Positions 24,730 through 38,180 of a DNA stretch of 64,000 bases are shown one piece after another. Position 1 is the stretch's first letter. Every line of letters begins with the position of its first letter. The position numbers were made by a program, and so were the translations under genes. The stretch lies in NCBI GenBank assembly GCA_964270895.1, contig OZ185446.1. One strand, given 5' to 3'. The stretch comes from Podarcis filfolensis. Lineage: Eukaryota. The notes below the pieces were generated by a model. The model had not been told where the DNA came from, did no database searches, and was given only the letters and a program-made list of their open reading frames with translations.

Positions 24730-24829
24730 GCTTTTAATGTTTAATAGGTTATTGTATTTTAGTGTTTCGTTGGAAGCTGCCCAGAGTGGCTGGGGAAACC
24801 CAGCCAGATGGGTGGGGTATAAATAATAA

Positions 24830-24877
<48 letters not shown>

Positions 24878-24880
24878 GTT
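24730..24880 (+). mobile_element. L2 3' end with (TTA)n tail
   Basis: gaagctgcccagagtggctggggaaacccagccagatgggtggggtataaat followed by a long TTA array. The same tail occurs at 42406 and 47130. Confidence 0.8.
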
Positions 24881-24950
24881 TATTTATTTATTTCTGAAGC
24901 CCCGGAGAGAGAGATATAAGTTAGGATATTTATTGTACTTGTGTACAGTA

Positions 24951-25306
24951 AAGGGTAAAGGGTCCCCTGACCATTAGGTCCAGTCGTGGCCGACTCTGGG
25001 GTTGCGGTGCTCATCTCGCTTTATTGGCCGAGGGAGCCGGCGTACAGCTTCTGGGTCATGTGGCCAGCATGACTAAGCCGCTTCTGGCGAACCAGAGCAG
25101 CGCACGGAAACGCCATTTACCTTCCTGTTGGAGTGGTACCTATTTATCTACCTGCACTTTGACGTGCTTTCGAACTGCTAGGTTGGCAGGAGCAGGGACC
25201 GAGCAATGGGAGCTCACCCCATCACGGGGATTCGAACCGCCAACCTTCCGATTGGCAAGTCCTAGGCTCTGTGGTTTAACCCATAGCGCCACCCACACCA
25301 CCCGCG
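24951..25306 (-). mobile_element. Sauria SINE
   Basis: Canonical sequence with flanking direct repeat cttgtgtacagtaaa. Confidence 0.92.
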
Positions 25307-25439
25307 CTCTTGTGTACAGTAAACAAAGCTAAAAGCTTAGACACTGCCAATCTGCTCTCATATTTAATTGCAGTTGGCTTCCATGCATTGCTACTATTTA
25401 TTTTACTTATTGCATTATGTCCCATATTTTTCTCCAGCA

Positions 25440-25620
25440 AGCTTCAGATGGCATACATAGTTCTCCCCCTACTCATTATCCCCACAACTACTCTGTGAGG
25501 CAGGTTGGGCTGAGAGGCAGTGACTGGTCCAGCCAGGGAGCTTCATGACTGAGTGCAGATTTGAACCATGGTCTCCCAGCTACTAGTCTGACACTAATCA
25601 CTACACCACTCTGGCTCTCA
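25440..25620 (-). mobile_element. MIR-derived (Squam3-type) SINE
   Basis: Similar to the copies at 16455 and 48300. Confidence 0.7.
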
Positions 25621-26064
25621 ATGAACACATTTTCCAGGTCTAGATTTGGGTACAACTGCCCACAGCTATGGCCTGCCCTACAGGCAGATTAACAATCAAC
25701 AACAGAATATTAGAACTCAGTTCTCTTTGGACTGGCATATCAATTCCCTCCCAGCTCCCAGAAGAAGAAAACCCCCAGAAAAACTTGGCGAAAATTCCCA
25801 AGCCAATCTGTGTATTTGGGGAAATGTCGCCGCCTCCCTCCAGCCCATCAAGAATACTCTCTTTCCTTACCTTGAAGGTATGTGTGTGTGTGAGGGAGAG
25901 AAAGAAGAGCAGGGAGAAGGAGAGAAAGAAGAGCCTCTCCTATGGTCCCTGATGACTCAGTATGCTGTTTGTTAACTAGCATAACAGGCAATGGATAGGA
26001 GGTTTGGTAGAATGGCTTGCGGGGGTGGGAGGAAGGCTGAGGGGAGAAGGATGCTGAAGCAGAT

Positions 26065-26192
26065 GTTGAGACTCTTTGGTCCTCCAGATGTTGCTCAAAT
26101 TCAGCTGCCATCAGCCCTAGCAAACAAAGCCAATGGCCAGGGATGATCAAAATCCGGTTCAGCAAAATCTGAAGGGTCAAAGGTTCCCCACA
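26065..26192. mobile_element. Degraded copy of the palindromic hAT MITE seen intact at 49545
   Basis: cctccagatgttg...ccatcagccctagc...ggccagggatgat...atctgaagggtcaaaggttcccca. Confidence 0.6.
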
Positions 26193-29100
26193 TGTGCCCT
26201 AAAGTTTCCTTCCAAACCTGAGTTCAGAGAAGTTCATCAGCATCTCTAAGAATGACGTGGGTTGTTGTTGTTGCTTTTAAATTGAACTGGAGAAGTTTCA
26301 GTTTGTATTGGTAAAATTGGAGTGAGTAATTTAGCATGCTTATTTTCACCAAAGCTAAAACTTCTAAACTGCCAACCTTGCCTAATGCTGATTTGCGATT
26401 GGCATCCATTCATTGTTACCAGTTGAACTTATGAAACATAATTTTCCACAGAAAAACAAAGCCCTGGAAAAAAATTCCACCCACATTTCTGATCTCTAGC
26501 CCATTAAACTGTTGCTTTCCCTTCTGTTTAAGCCCTGCAGCAACAGTTTACCCTCCTGTGCACAATTTCTCCATGCATTCACCACAAGACAATTTTCATG
26601 ATTTGTTATTATATGTGTCACAAGTGGAATATGTTAAAGAATAATATTTCAGTAATGCAGAATATGTGCCAAAGCATTGCCATTATACTGCACTTGATTT
26701 GCAGAAATGAATATTTAAGTTGAAAGGTGGGCATTATTGCTTGCAGTTAAGTTTTGTGGCAGCACTAGCGCAATCTGGGAATTGGAAGCAGTAATGAAAT
26801 CTTTTTGGAAGCAACAGGTTAACAGCTGAGAAATGCTGAAAGAATGCTAAGAGGGTCCTTGGACATAAACATATATCTACAGTATATGTATATATGAATA
26901 TTCATGACAGTGGCTGGGCAATTTATCTCTAATAAGAACCCATTGCATTAAATAAATTGCAAGTCTGTTGAGTCGCATTGGGTGTTTTTGGATTGAGATG
27001 GAGTCAGTTGGCTTCACGATCAGAGCACAGACGCGGAATCCTATTATTTTCTTAATTAAGAATTACTGTCAGGAACACTTGACAGTGGCTTATAATGCCA
27101 ATAATCCAATGCAAAATAGTTGTTGTTTTAGCTCATAAGCAGTTTGTTGCGGCATTAACCCCAACTTCACCTTTGTCAGCTGGGGTAGCTGTTGGACAAT
27201 CAGAAATGTTTGTTTCTCGGGAGGTCATTTTAAAGTTGCAGTTTGTTTGCATGTGTGAATGTATATCTCTTTTTTCACTTTAAAAAATTACTGTTGGAGA
27301 GAAATGCAAGATCCTTTAATTGATAGCGGCCAGAATTTAAAAGAGTTGTGTTGACTGGAAAAAAAAATCATTCACTTCTTTTGTTGATCTTGCACACTGA
27401 TGCACACGACCTACTAATGTGATTCTTGGCGTCCCATACAAAGCCACTCATCCGTGCTGGATGTGAAAGCAGCTTCCTGGTCTGTACATGTGCTGTGTCG
27501 CATTCCTCTGGTTTTCTAACAAAGCTTTTAATTGGTATGCTGTGACTAATGAGCATGAAGTCCCAGAGGAAATGGAGCAGAATTTTCTATTATCCACCAG
27601 GATGAACTTAGCACATAGATTATCAGGGCTTCAACTCTGGGATAAATCAGGGTCAAAGTCTCCAAATACAGTGCAATAATAATTGAACGTTTCTTTCATA
27701 AAATTACACTAATCAATTTTAGCTGAACTGTGTCATGCATGGACTACCCTGAGCAGTGCCATGTATTGACCTTTTCAGCAAGAAAGAAATGTTTTACTAC
27801 AGTTCATAGCAGTGACTTTGTGCTGAAAATATTGGCTTCTTCTTCTTCTTCCTATTTCTGGCCTGCCCACTGAAGTCACTCCTCAGTATTACCAAAGCAA
27901 AATTGATTATCCTTTTCAGAGAAAAAGGGTTGCAGGCTTCAACCACTTGGAGTTTGGTGGGAAGCAAAGCTGCAAATCACAGAATCCAGGGAAAACCCTC
28001 AGGTGAACTTGTGTCACTAATGACAGGCCTTTCACCACAGGGTGCGCTGTTCATTGCTTCCTTTCTGGATTGTGACCAAAGTCTACTTTTCCTCTAGTCC
28101 AGAGTTTCCCAAACTTGAGGCTCTACTCCAAGTAATGTCACATAATGAAATGGGCATATTTGCACTTAATGAGTGAATCAACTTAAATACTGTGTTATAT
28201 ATAACTATATAATTGTGTTTAGTAAGTGTATACACACTATACATTAGTATAGGTGCTGCACACCATGCTTATGTGGTTTGATGAGACAAAAATTGGGGTG
28301 TGGTGTGTATATCCAGCTTTTGGTGTTAGTGGTACAGTTCTCAGCACAGTTCCTGCACATTTCCCACTCCCTTTCCAATATAGACTCTTAGTCTTATCAC
28401 ATCCCTCTGGAAATTCAGGTGGATATATTGTTTGTTATACGGGGTAGACAGGAGGCAAACATCAGAGCAAATAAAGCTATGAATTGAATATTTGTGGAGC
28501 CCAGAAGGTGTGTAACTTCATTTTGTACAATATTAAAAACTCAAAAGAGATTTGAGAATCCTTGCGGAGGTTCATGTGACTGCGCTCCTGAAACCTCAAT
28601 TTATGCCTTCAGTTTGTTTACAACAGACATTCACGCTACCAGCACAAACCAGTCAGCCCCATAAATTATGCTAACTCTAGAGTTATTTATTTATCCTAAT
28701 TATTAATTCAATAGTGTCCAGTAATGTATCTCCATTAGCACCTTGTAAACTAAAGTCCATTGATCTGATAGCTTGTGGCTGTTGGAAGATTCCCAGCTTC
28801 AAAACCATTTTTGCCCGTTTTCCTTGGCAAACTCTTATGAATGGCATTCTTCCAGTGAGTTACCTAACTGGTCATAAATAGGTGTGACTAGAGGACTGTC
28901 AGCTCAGAAAGTAAAGTGGGTGCTCACAGGAAGTTGCATTTTCAGTGCTTTGGATCTTGCTGTGTATTTTTAAGCTTTTCAGTTAAAATCCTTGACGTAG
29001 ATTTTGTAAAAAAAAAAAAAGTAAATAAATGTAAATTTTTAACTGGATTCAAAGTGCTGGGGGGAAATAGTTATTCTTTCCTTTCATGTTAATAGGGGCA

Positions 29101-29397
29101 AGTACCTAAATGATCAAGGTCCATTTGCTTTCTTTTTTATAAGGTGTTGAAGGTCAGGACTAGTGATCTAAATTATGATGAGAAGGCAAAAGAAAGCTAA
29201 TGGCGGTCTTGCGGCCTTGGTGCTTCTATTTAGTGTGACTGATGTTCTCTGGCACAGGTTATTGCACTCCTTGGTCCAGTTTGAGATGTTAATGTTCACC
29301 AGAGATCTCATCGTGGCCAGGGTTTGCAAAACCTGGTTCATAGTTAGCATGCATTATGGTTACAATAAGTACATCTGTAACTCATGACCATGGCTGT

Positions 29398-29838
29398 GGG
29401 GAAGAGCTGTAGCTCACTGCTTCAGTACATACTTTGCATGCAGAAAGTCCAGGTTAAAACCTTGGCATCTCCTGGCATGACTAGGAAGAGGTCTGTCTGA
29501 AAACCTGGAGAGCCAGTGCCAGTCAGTGTCAACAGTACAGTGGTACCTCGGGTTACATACGCTTCAGGTTACATACACTTCAGGTTACAGACTCCGCTAA
29601 CCCAGAAATTGTACCTTGGGTTAGGAACTTTGCTTCAGGATGAGAACAGAAATGATGCTCCGGCGGCGCGGCGGCAGCAGCAGGAGGCCCCATTAGCTAA
29701 AGTGGTGCTTCGGGTTAAGAACAGTTTCAGGTTAAGAACGGACCTCCGGAACGAATTAAGTACTTAACCCGAGGTACCACTGTACTGAGTTAGAGGGACC
29801 AATGATCTGACTCCGCATAAGGCAGTTTCTTCTGTCCC
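29398..29838 (+). mobile_element. tRNA-derived SINE (AnolisSINE2/Squam2-like) interrupted by a Tigger-like MITE
   Basis: Head gggaagagctgtagctc...tgcatgcagaaagtccaggtt. The body resumes after the MITE (ctgagttagagggaccaatgatctgactccgcataaggcag). Confidence 0.65.
29538..29782. mobile_element. Tc1/pogo (Tigger-like) MITE, family A, inverted relative to 8865
   Basis: Same TIRs and TA TSD. Confidence 0.92.
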
Positions 29839-31032
29839 TCCCCATGTTGATGTTGTCTGTGTTCAGATGTGACACTTAACTGGGGTTTAACATTTCATCA
29901 ACAAGCCTTGGACTCACAACTGTGCCCCTCCCCTGCAATTCCAGTATAGCTGTGAGGAGAAGGGCAGAAGTTTTGGTTTCCATTTCCAAGTAGCTGCTTT
30001 TTGTCATTGTGTTCAAACCAGGACAAACTTCAGATTGTGGGTTCTGGTGTTGGCCTGTTATCCTAAGCCATAGTTAAGATCAGCCACAATTCCAGGTCCA
30101 CGCATAACAACAAACCATGGTCAGTTGAAAATGAAATGATATTTTCTCCTCACAGCACTGTCCCATGATGAAGTGGGGCAGGAACTTCCAAACCCTGTTA
30201 TTGTCAAGGAGATGGTAGTGGCAATTACCACATGGGAAAGGAGGGGCTGAGAGTAGAAACAGCAGACCCTGGTGTAAATCATTGCTATTCAGTGTGTGAT
30301 GAAAATCCAACCAACACACTTCATTGTAAAGCAGAAAAGAACATGATTAGGTCTTAAATGAGCACGCAGCTACTCTAATGGGGATGCAATGACCTAAAAT
30401 TAGAAATAAAAACATTTTCCAGTAGGTGCAAATATTTGTAATATAAATGTGTAGCTGACGTATGCCAAGTTTTTTTTTATGATTTCACAGCTGGCTTCAA
30501 CATCCCCACGTGCAATGCTATTGATTCAGGGCTGCAATCTTGGCATATTCATGCAGAGAGCAGCAATTCAACATGTGAATGACCTTGCTCAGTTTTAAAA
30601 GGAACAAATGCTATGGAAGGGCTTGTAGTGTGTGGCAGGATGTTTAATCAGTTTCATTGCTTTAAGGAACAGTAGGAAGGAAATGGTGTGTTAAAGATTG
30701 TAACTCCTTATGCATCTTAACTGGCTACACCAGGATCTTAGGACAATGGGAGATCCATCCCCCTCCCCAAAGGAACTTCCTACAGCCCCCTCTATTTTTA
30801 GATACTTAATGGCATTGTCCTTTCACTGCTAACTGTTTTTCTTCTCTGCTTCCTGCCCCCCGCCCCCCGTTTTCTGTCTTCTGGTTGCCCTTTTAAGGTC
30901 TTGCCCATGTGTTTATATCCAGGATAAATTATTTACATTACCAGTTGGGTGCACATTTTCACAAGGGAAAAAGATAAAGTACACATGTGTAAATCCACAA
31001 TCTATCAGAATGTATCTTTAAAATACTACATT

Positions 31033-31353
31033 AAAGGTAAAGAGACCCCTGACCATAAGGTCCAGTTGTGGCCAACTCTGGGGTTGCGGCACTCATCTTG
31101 CTTTATTGGCCAAGGGAGCCGGCGTACAGCCACTTCTGGCAAACTAGAGCAGCGCACAGAAACGCTGTTTACCTTCCCGCTGGAGCGGTACCTATTTATC
31201 TACTTGCACTTTGATGTGCTTTCAAACTGCTAGGGTGACAGGAGCAGGGACCGAACAACGGGAGCTCACCCCGTTGCGGGGATTTGAACCGCCGATCTTC
31301 TGATCGGCAAGTCCTAGGCTCTGTGGTTTAACCCACAGTGCCACCCGCATCCC
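31033..31353 (-). mobile_element. Sauria SINE with internal deletion
   Basis: Canonical sequence, but it lacks the roughly 30-nt cttccgggtcatgtggccagcatgactaagc segment present in other copies. Confidence 0.9.
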
Positions 31354-33207
31354 TAGCTACACTTAAATGTTTGATTATTGGATGTACCATTACCCTGTTG
31401 GAAGTAGTCTATACTTTCTATCTTCTTATCATTTGAAACTATCTAGCGAGGATACCACTAGAAAGAGATTTAGGAATAAATTGTTCATTTCTGAACATTA
31501 TACAGGCTATCATGCTACATAGTGTTTCAGAATTGTTTCAGAATGCCATGGTTTTGATATTGTGAGTAGGCATCTCGTTTTGATAGAAACAATTTTCAAG
31601 TTAGCTTGGACTAACAGTGTATACGTACTCCCAATCAAGTTCTACTGAGTTCAGTCGAATGCAAAGATGCAATAAAATGCATGAAATTCGCACTGAAACA
31701 CTGGTGAATTTTATGGGGACTCCTAAAAAGGAAAAGAAAAGAAAACTGATGTGGCAAACCAAACGCAAGATTGGATAAATGAAAAACCAAAATGGACATA
31801 TTCACTCATCCCTACCCCTGAGGCATAAGAGAACAAGTCTTTGCTCTTTTCTATGTGGCAGCCCTTGAAGTGTTTGTTGAATGACGTTGCTTGTGTCAAT
31901 CATTTAATGCAGTCCTCTTCACCTTGTGAAATAGACCTGGCAGTCCATTTCAGGAGGAACATTGGAGAGGGAAAAGTTGGGCTGAAGCATTGGGTGGGTG
32001 GGGGGAATTTTATTGTGTCTAGATATTGGATAAAGAGCTCTGCTTGAAATAAAACTGTCCAGTTGAGTTACAATGTTTGTGCTTTTCTTTATGTTACATT
32101 CAAGTGTAATATAAGGCCAAATGCGTTTTTTTTAAAAAAGCAACAACATTTAAATAGTGTTAAAGGGAACATCAGCTTCCCAGTATAGAAATAAACTTGA
32201 GGAGTTGCTTTTGTGTGTGACATAATCATAATCATCAAGAAAGGGAGCCGTTGTGAGTTGTTTTAAGTGTAATTGTTATAGTAAAACCCGGTCATGCTTA
32301 TCAGAACTCAAGACCTCAATACGTTAATAAAATGTTTATGTATTGCATGCATTTGGTGGTAGTATTTATTATTAATTATGTGGCAGGTTGCCACCTTTTA
32401 TCCTGCTGGTTGCTGCTCTTTCTTCCGTTTCTCCCCAAAGGCAGATCAGTTTTATATCCTTGCTTTTTAATGACTTTCTTATTTTACTTTGCCAAATATT
32501 TGGTGGGGAGTGGGGAGAGTCTTTTCAATATTCCTTCCTGCCCTTCCCAGTGGAGTGGAAAATATCTCTAATGTCATGCTGATTACAGAGCTGTGCTTTC
32601 TGGGGTTTCCTGTACTTCATTTGCTTCCAAGTTTCTTCTTCTTTACAGCTCTCCGTTTCTTCATGTGGTTTGCACTTAGCTATTCTCTGCCTATGCTTCT
32701 CAAGTTTCTAGGGACCCCAAGAAGAGCTGTGACCCATGGACCTTATATTCCCTTGTTCTGCTCTATCTCTTGTCTAAACTGAAGCCCCTTTCCACCTTCC
32801 GTATGGCCTCTTTGAGAAGTAATACTAAACTATGGTTGAGTGTCCTTCTCAAACCCCCTGTCCATTCTCTCTCCAGCCCACCCAATTATGGAGATGCTAA
32901 CTAGGCTCTGGGTGTGTTTTTTGCTGCCGCTGCAAAATTCATAGGAAGAGCTGTTTGCATTGGTGATTCAATAGATTAGATTAGATTTATTCTATTTATG
33001 CATTGCTTCTCTCAAAAGGGAGTTCTGAAGCAATTTACAGGGACGGCATAAAATTTACAACAAAATCCATTAAAACAAAACAACTATCCTAAAAGCATCC
33101 ATCCACAAAATTCTCCCAGGGGCATAAAAATAACCATCCCAGCAATGTAGGGATAAACACCAAAAATAAATGAGCAAACCCTGACCATTAGCAATGTCCA
33201 AATATCT

Positions 33208-33419
33208 TTGTTGTTGTTGTTTAGTCGTTTAGTCATGTCCGACTCTTCGTGACCCCTTGGACCAGAGCACGCCAGGCACTCCTGTCTTCCACTGCCTCCC
33301 GCAGTTTGGTCAAACTCATGTTGGGAACTTCGAGAACACTGTCCAACCATCTCGTCCTCTGTCATCCCCTTCTCCTTGTGCCCTCAATCTTTCCCAGCAT
33401 CAGGGTCTTTTCCAGGGAG
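33208..33419 (-). mobile_element. Bov-B LINE 3' fragment
   Basis: Nearly identical to the 13575 copy, with a (CAA)n tail and a 10-bp TSD ccaaatatct (33198-33207, 33420-33429). Confidence 0.93.
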
Positions 33420-34132
33420 CCAAATATCTAGGAGAATTAAAAATAAATAAATTGTTTGATGCTGGAAGGATTACAAAGTTGGTACCAGGTGAACCTCCCA
33501 AGGAAGGGCATTCTGAAACTGTGTGGCTGCCACAGAAAATTCCTGTTCTCTCATTGCCATCTTCCAATTGTCTCTTGCAGGGGACATACAGAGAAAGACC
33601 TCAGATGCTGCATTGAGTAATGAAAATGCAGTGTAGTGAATTTAGGGGGATTTGTGTGATGAGTGTTTACACACTAAGGGCTTACAATGCAAAAGAGTTT
33701 CTTTGCAGTTGTACTTCAGGGTCACCACCCTATGCTTACTTACTGGAATAGATCAATCTTAAGCTGCAGGGCAAGGCATTTGGATTGATTACTGATTGAT
33801 GGGTGCCTGGCCCTTTATTGCACAGCCGAGGCAGTGGTTTCCATGCACAGAAAGTTCTGCTTGATTTTTCAGATGTACCAGCCATAAAATCGAAACTAGA
33901 ATTAAAAGTTACTGATCCATTCCCGCACTGCTGTCATCCCAAATCCTGGTTTCAAGAAACAGCTGCATGGAAAATGGTTGTGCCCATTCCAGGGTCCACA
34001 TCTAATTCCCTAAGCTAAGGTTTTGACAAATGATATGGGCATGGTGCTCCTGTAGAAAACTTTGGAATTAAAGCAGCAGGAGAATGGAAAAATTCTAATA
34101 CATTGGTTTTTACTTTGGAAAGAAGACCAAGT

Positions 34133-34677
34133 CAATCAAAAAGGAAGATCAAACACTCTTTCAGTACGCGACAGTGGCTGCCAGAACCCTAATAGCGCAG
34201 AATTGGAAGACATCAAAAATCCCAACTATAAACGAGTGGCAAATCAAACTATTTCACTATTTAGAACTGGCAAAAATGACACAGAAAATAAGAAATCAAA
34301 AAGACATAAAGTTTAATAAAGAATGGAATAAATTTATGACATACATGGAAACAGAGGTAAAAAAATTAAAAATCACAGTAGGTGTGACGTAACACTTGTG
34401 ATGTAAAGAGTTTTTTGAGGAAAAGAAACTGCAGATAAAAAATCATATAATATATTCTGAAACCGAGATGAAGGGAAGTCAATTAATGTTGTATGTTATT
34501 TAGTTAATGTAAGTTAATTTGTTGGTGTCTTATGTTAGGAGATGTTTTTTTCTTTTATTTTCTTTATTATTATTTCTTTTTTATGTACTTTTTTTTGTAT
34601 GTATGTGTTATGTATGTTTTCTTCGTTTGTTTTAATGTTTGATGTAGTAAAACGAATTAAAATCAATTAAAAAAAAA
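34133..34677 (+). mobile_element. 5'-truncated L1 LINE insertion
   Basis: Uninterrupted ORF2 C-terminus (KEDQTLFQYATVAARTLIAQNWKTSKIPTINEWQIKL...EWNKF, stop at 34392), T-rich 3'UTR, A-tail, and a perfect 16-bp TSD ggaaagaagaccaagt (34117-34132, 34678-34693). Confidence 0.92.
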
Positions 34678-34984
34678 GGAAAGAAGACCAAGTAATTCAG
34701 AACGCACAACATCTGCTGAGGAATTCAGATGAGGGGAGAATTTTAGAATCACCTGTAAAGTATAAAGGAGTATAAGGAGTAACATACCTTCTCAAGTCAG
34801 GAGTGTGTAGCATACATAAACCAGGAAGCCACCAGCCAATTATGAATGTCCTTTTCTTGAACGTTCAGACATAAGTCTGGAAATTCTTCTGCATTATTGT
34901 GCTTTGTCACATGGGGGGCACCATTTGCATGTTCTGCCTCAGGCACCATATTTATTTAGATCTTGGTGAGTTGGATGTTGTTTA

Positions 34985-35361
34985 GATGTGGGTGGCACTG
35001 TGGTCTAAACCACTGATCCTCTTGGGCTTGCCGAACAGAAGGTCGGCGGTTCGAATCCCCACGATGGGGTGAGCTCCCGCTGCTCTGTCCCAGCTCCTGC
35101 CAACCTAGCAGTTTGAAAGCATGCCAGTGCAAGTAGATAAATAGGTACTGCTGTGGCAGGGAAGGTAAACGGCATTTCCATGCGCTCTGGTTTCCATCAC
35201 GGTGTTCCGTTGTGCCAGAAGCTGTTTAGTCATGCTGGCCACATAGCCTAGAAAGCTGTCTGTGGACAAACGCCGGCTCCTTTGGCCTGAAAGCGAGATG
35301 AGCTCCACAACCCCATAGTTGCCTTTGACTGGACTTAACCATCCGGGGGTCCTTTACCTTT
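34985..35361 (+). mobile_element. Sauria SINE, divergent subfamily
   Basis: Head and tail are canonical. It carries the diagnostic extra segments ctggtttccatcacggtgttcc and gctgtctgtggacaaacgcc. Confidence 0.88.
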
Positions 35362-37821
35362 AGAACTGTCTTACACAGGTGAGCAATTTCAGTGGCCTTC
35401 CTGCATCTCTGTGCTATTCTTAGTCTGTCATAAATTACTTTCCCTGCCTCTACATCTACTTTCCTGCTATTCCATTTTCTTCTTTCTTCTTTTTCTTTTT
35501 TGGGCCAGTTATACCTCAACCTTGTGTGTATATTTTATGTTCCAGATTTGCCAGCGTATTTTGATTGTCAGTCTTACAGCATTCTAAGTCTGTTTATGCA
35601 GAAGTAAGCCCCCTGTGTCTAATGTCGTCTATTCCCTTGTAAAGTGTTTACAGACATAATCTCTAGTAAATGATTGTAGATCAGGGATGGGATAGGACAT
35701 AAAGTAGTCTAAAACTCTGTATATTGAAAAGTATCAACAGACTTTTAAATAAAAACGAGGTCTTAGTATGTAGCTTTAGGCTATATTCTCTCTCTATGTA
35801 TATATTTATGTATTTCTGGAAGAAAGGAAATGGCAAATACAGCATTCAGTGATTTGCCAGTGAGAGATTATTGTGTGTTAACCCTAGCACAGAACATCAG
35901 ATATCACACCAGGCTCACTATGCAACTGCCTCAGACAATTGGAATGTGTTTCATTATCTAGAAACCAGGATGAAAGGCAACTGGCAGTCTTGCTAGTCTG
36001 AACATTGTGATCGTCACCACCGTCTAAAATTTTTTGAATTCTTTTTGGGTGCTTTGGCAAGTCAAATAGTTCAGTTCATAGGTCTGTTACAGGAGCATGA
36101 ATGGCACACACTCTCAAAGTTGTGGTAACTCAGATAAAGGCCTTGTGAAGCATAGGTTTTGTTTATCTTAGCAGATTATAATTAAACTAAGTGATTCAGA
36201 GACATAATGCCAATGATCTTTACAACAAGGTTCAAAGACAAACACTTAAACATTTCAGTGTAGTGTAGTATCAAAATACTGTTTTTTATTTGCGCAATAC
36301 GGATAAATACTTTTCAAAATGAGACCAAAAGCAGAGGACAATCCTAGTTGAGATCCAGAATCGCCATTCAAGCAGAGTGCAGAAGAAGGCTCGTTTATTT
36401 TGGGAATGATTCATGTTCTTATGTAGCTGCAATGATTTATACTTTCTGGATGTTCCATGATCATATTATAGAGTAGTTGTGTTCTATGTTATAAATCAAG
36501 CTCTGCTAGGAGTTTTTTCTTTTTGTTTTCCAACGTATTTCTTATCAGTAAAAAAAAAAAATTGGTGTGGCATGAGCAAATTTTTATTGTAAAAGTGTGG
36601 CCCAGAGAAAAAAGTTTGGCCTACGCTGTGCACAATACTACCATACTTCCTTCAACTCTCTCAGAGACTACTTTCTGTCTCCCACAGAGCTGGACTGAAG
36701 CTGGGGCTACCTTTCAAGGCCATGCAAATCCTAACAGATGCATGGCATACATAGATGACAGCATTGCAAGGACATGTGAGAACATAATATGTGATGTTTT
36801 AGGACCTAAATATATATTTTTTTATCCAAAGAAATCAATATATTATTTCCCCCCAATGACTGAATTTCACAAGAATGATCTTTAATCTGAAACCTAATGA
36901 GGTAGCATTGCCTACCATATGGATATAAATTTGGCTGTTTGGGCATTCGGGTCTTGAGGGTTTTTTGTTTGTTTGTTTAAGATTACATCGTGTGCTCTAA
37001 ACATGTTGTGAGCTGCCTTAAGAGTTCTAAGCAGGAGAGGACAGAACACTTTTAATTAAGAATGCACTGGAGGCTGTTCAAAAGAGCTTTGCATTCTGGG
37101 GAGATGTTTTTGGGAGGCAAAATGATAAGTAGCCGGGATGGGATGCAGAATAAGCCCTGGTACATGTTTAGAAGATGCATCAATAGCCTTTTGTGCCCTT
37201 ATTTTAATAAATAACCTTGTCCAACAAGAGCTCTTTGCTTTGTTTGAGATTATCTTGCGCTTGGAAATGTATACTGATATTATGTATTTGGGGAACAAAC
37301 ATTCAGAAATAATGCAAACTTAACATTTTAGCATTTCATATTGATGCATAAATGAGGCTGAATGGACTTAATGAAGAAACCATGTGAAAACTGACATGGA
37401 TTGGAAATAGAGTGATCATGTCATTTCTGTTCATAACAAGCCACTTAAATTATGAGGTTGGTTTGTAAAGTAACCAGAGTTTGTTTTTAACCAGAATTCT
37501 TGGTTTGAATGTAATACGAAATTGCCATTCGGTAAAAGGAGAACTAAACCGTTCCATTCCAAACTGTTCATCCTAGCTGTGCAGCGCAAGGAGATTGGAG
37601 TGGGAGAACGTGCCATCCAAATACTTTAGCTGAGCTCAATTCAGGCTTGTCCACATAGCTCGTAAAAATGCAAATGTGCCCCTGACCAATACTATCAGGA
37701 CAGTCAGCTTCAAACTCTACCCTATCAAAGGCTCTGTCCTTTCAGATGAGCCGCCTCATGAGTAGGCCTGGAGATCCTTCCCAGTGGCCAGTTCTAGAAG
37801 CTTGTCATTGGCCTATTATTT

Positions 37822-38180
37822 AAAGGTAAAGGTACCCCTGACCGTTAGGTCCAGTCACAGACGGCTCTGGGGTTTCTCGCTCGTCTCGCTCTATAGGCCG
37901 AGGGAGCCGGCGTTTGTCTGCAGACAGCTTCTGGGTCATGTGGCCAGCAGGACTAAGCTGCTTCTGGCAAACCAGAGCAGTGCATGGAAACGTCATTTAC
38001 CTTGCCGCCGGAGTGGTACCTATTTATCTACTTGCACTTGACATGCTTTCAAACTGCTAGGTGGGCAGGAGCTGGGACCAAACAACGGGAGCTCGCCCCT
38101 TTGCAGGGATTTGAACTGCCGACCTTCCAATTGGCAAGCCCTAGGCTCTGTGGTTTAAACCACAGCACCACCCACCTCCC
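37822..38180 (-). mobile_element. Sauria SINE
   Basis: Canonical sequence with TSD tggcctattattta / tggcctagtattta. Confidence 0.92.
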
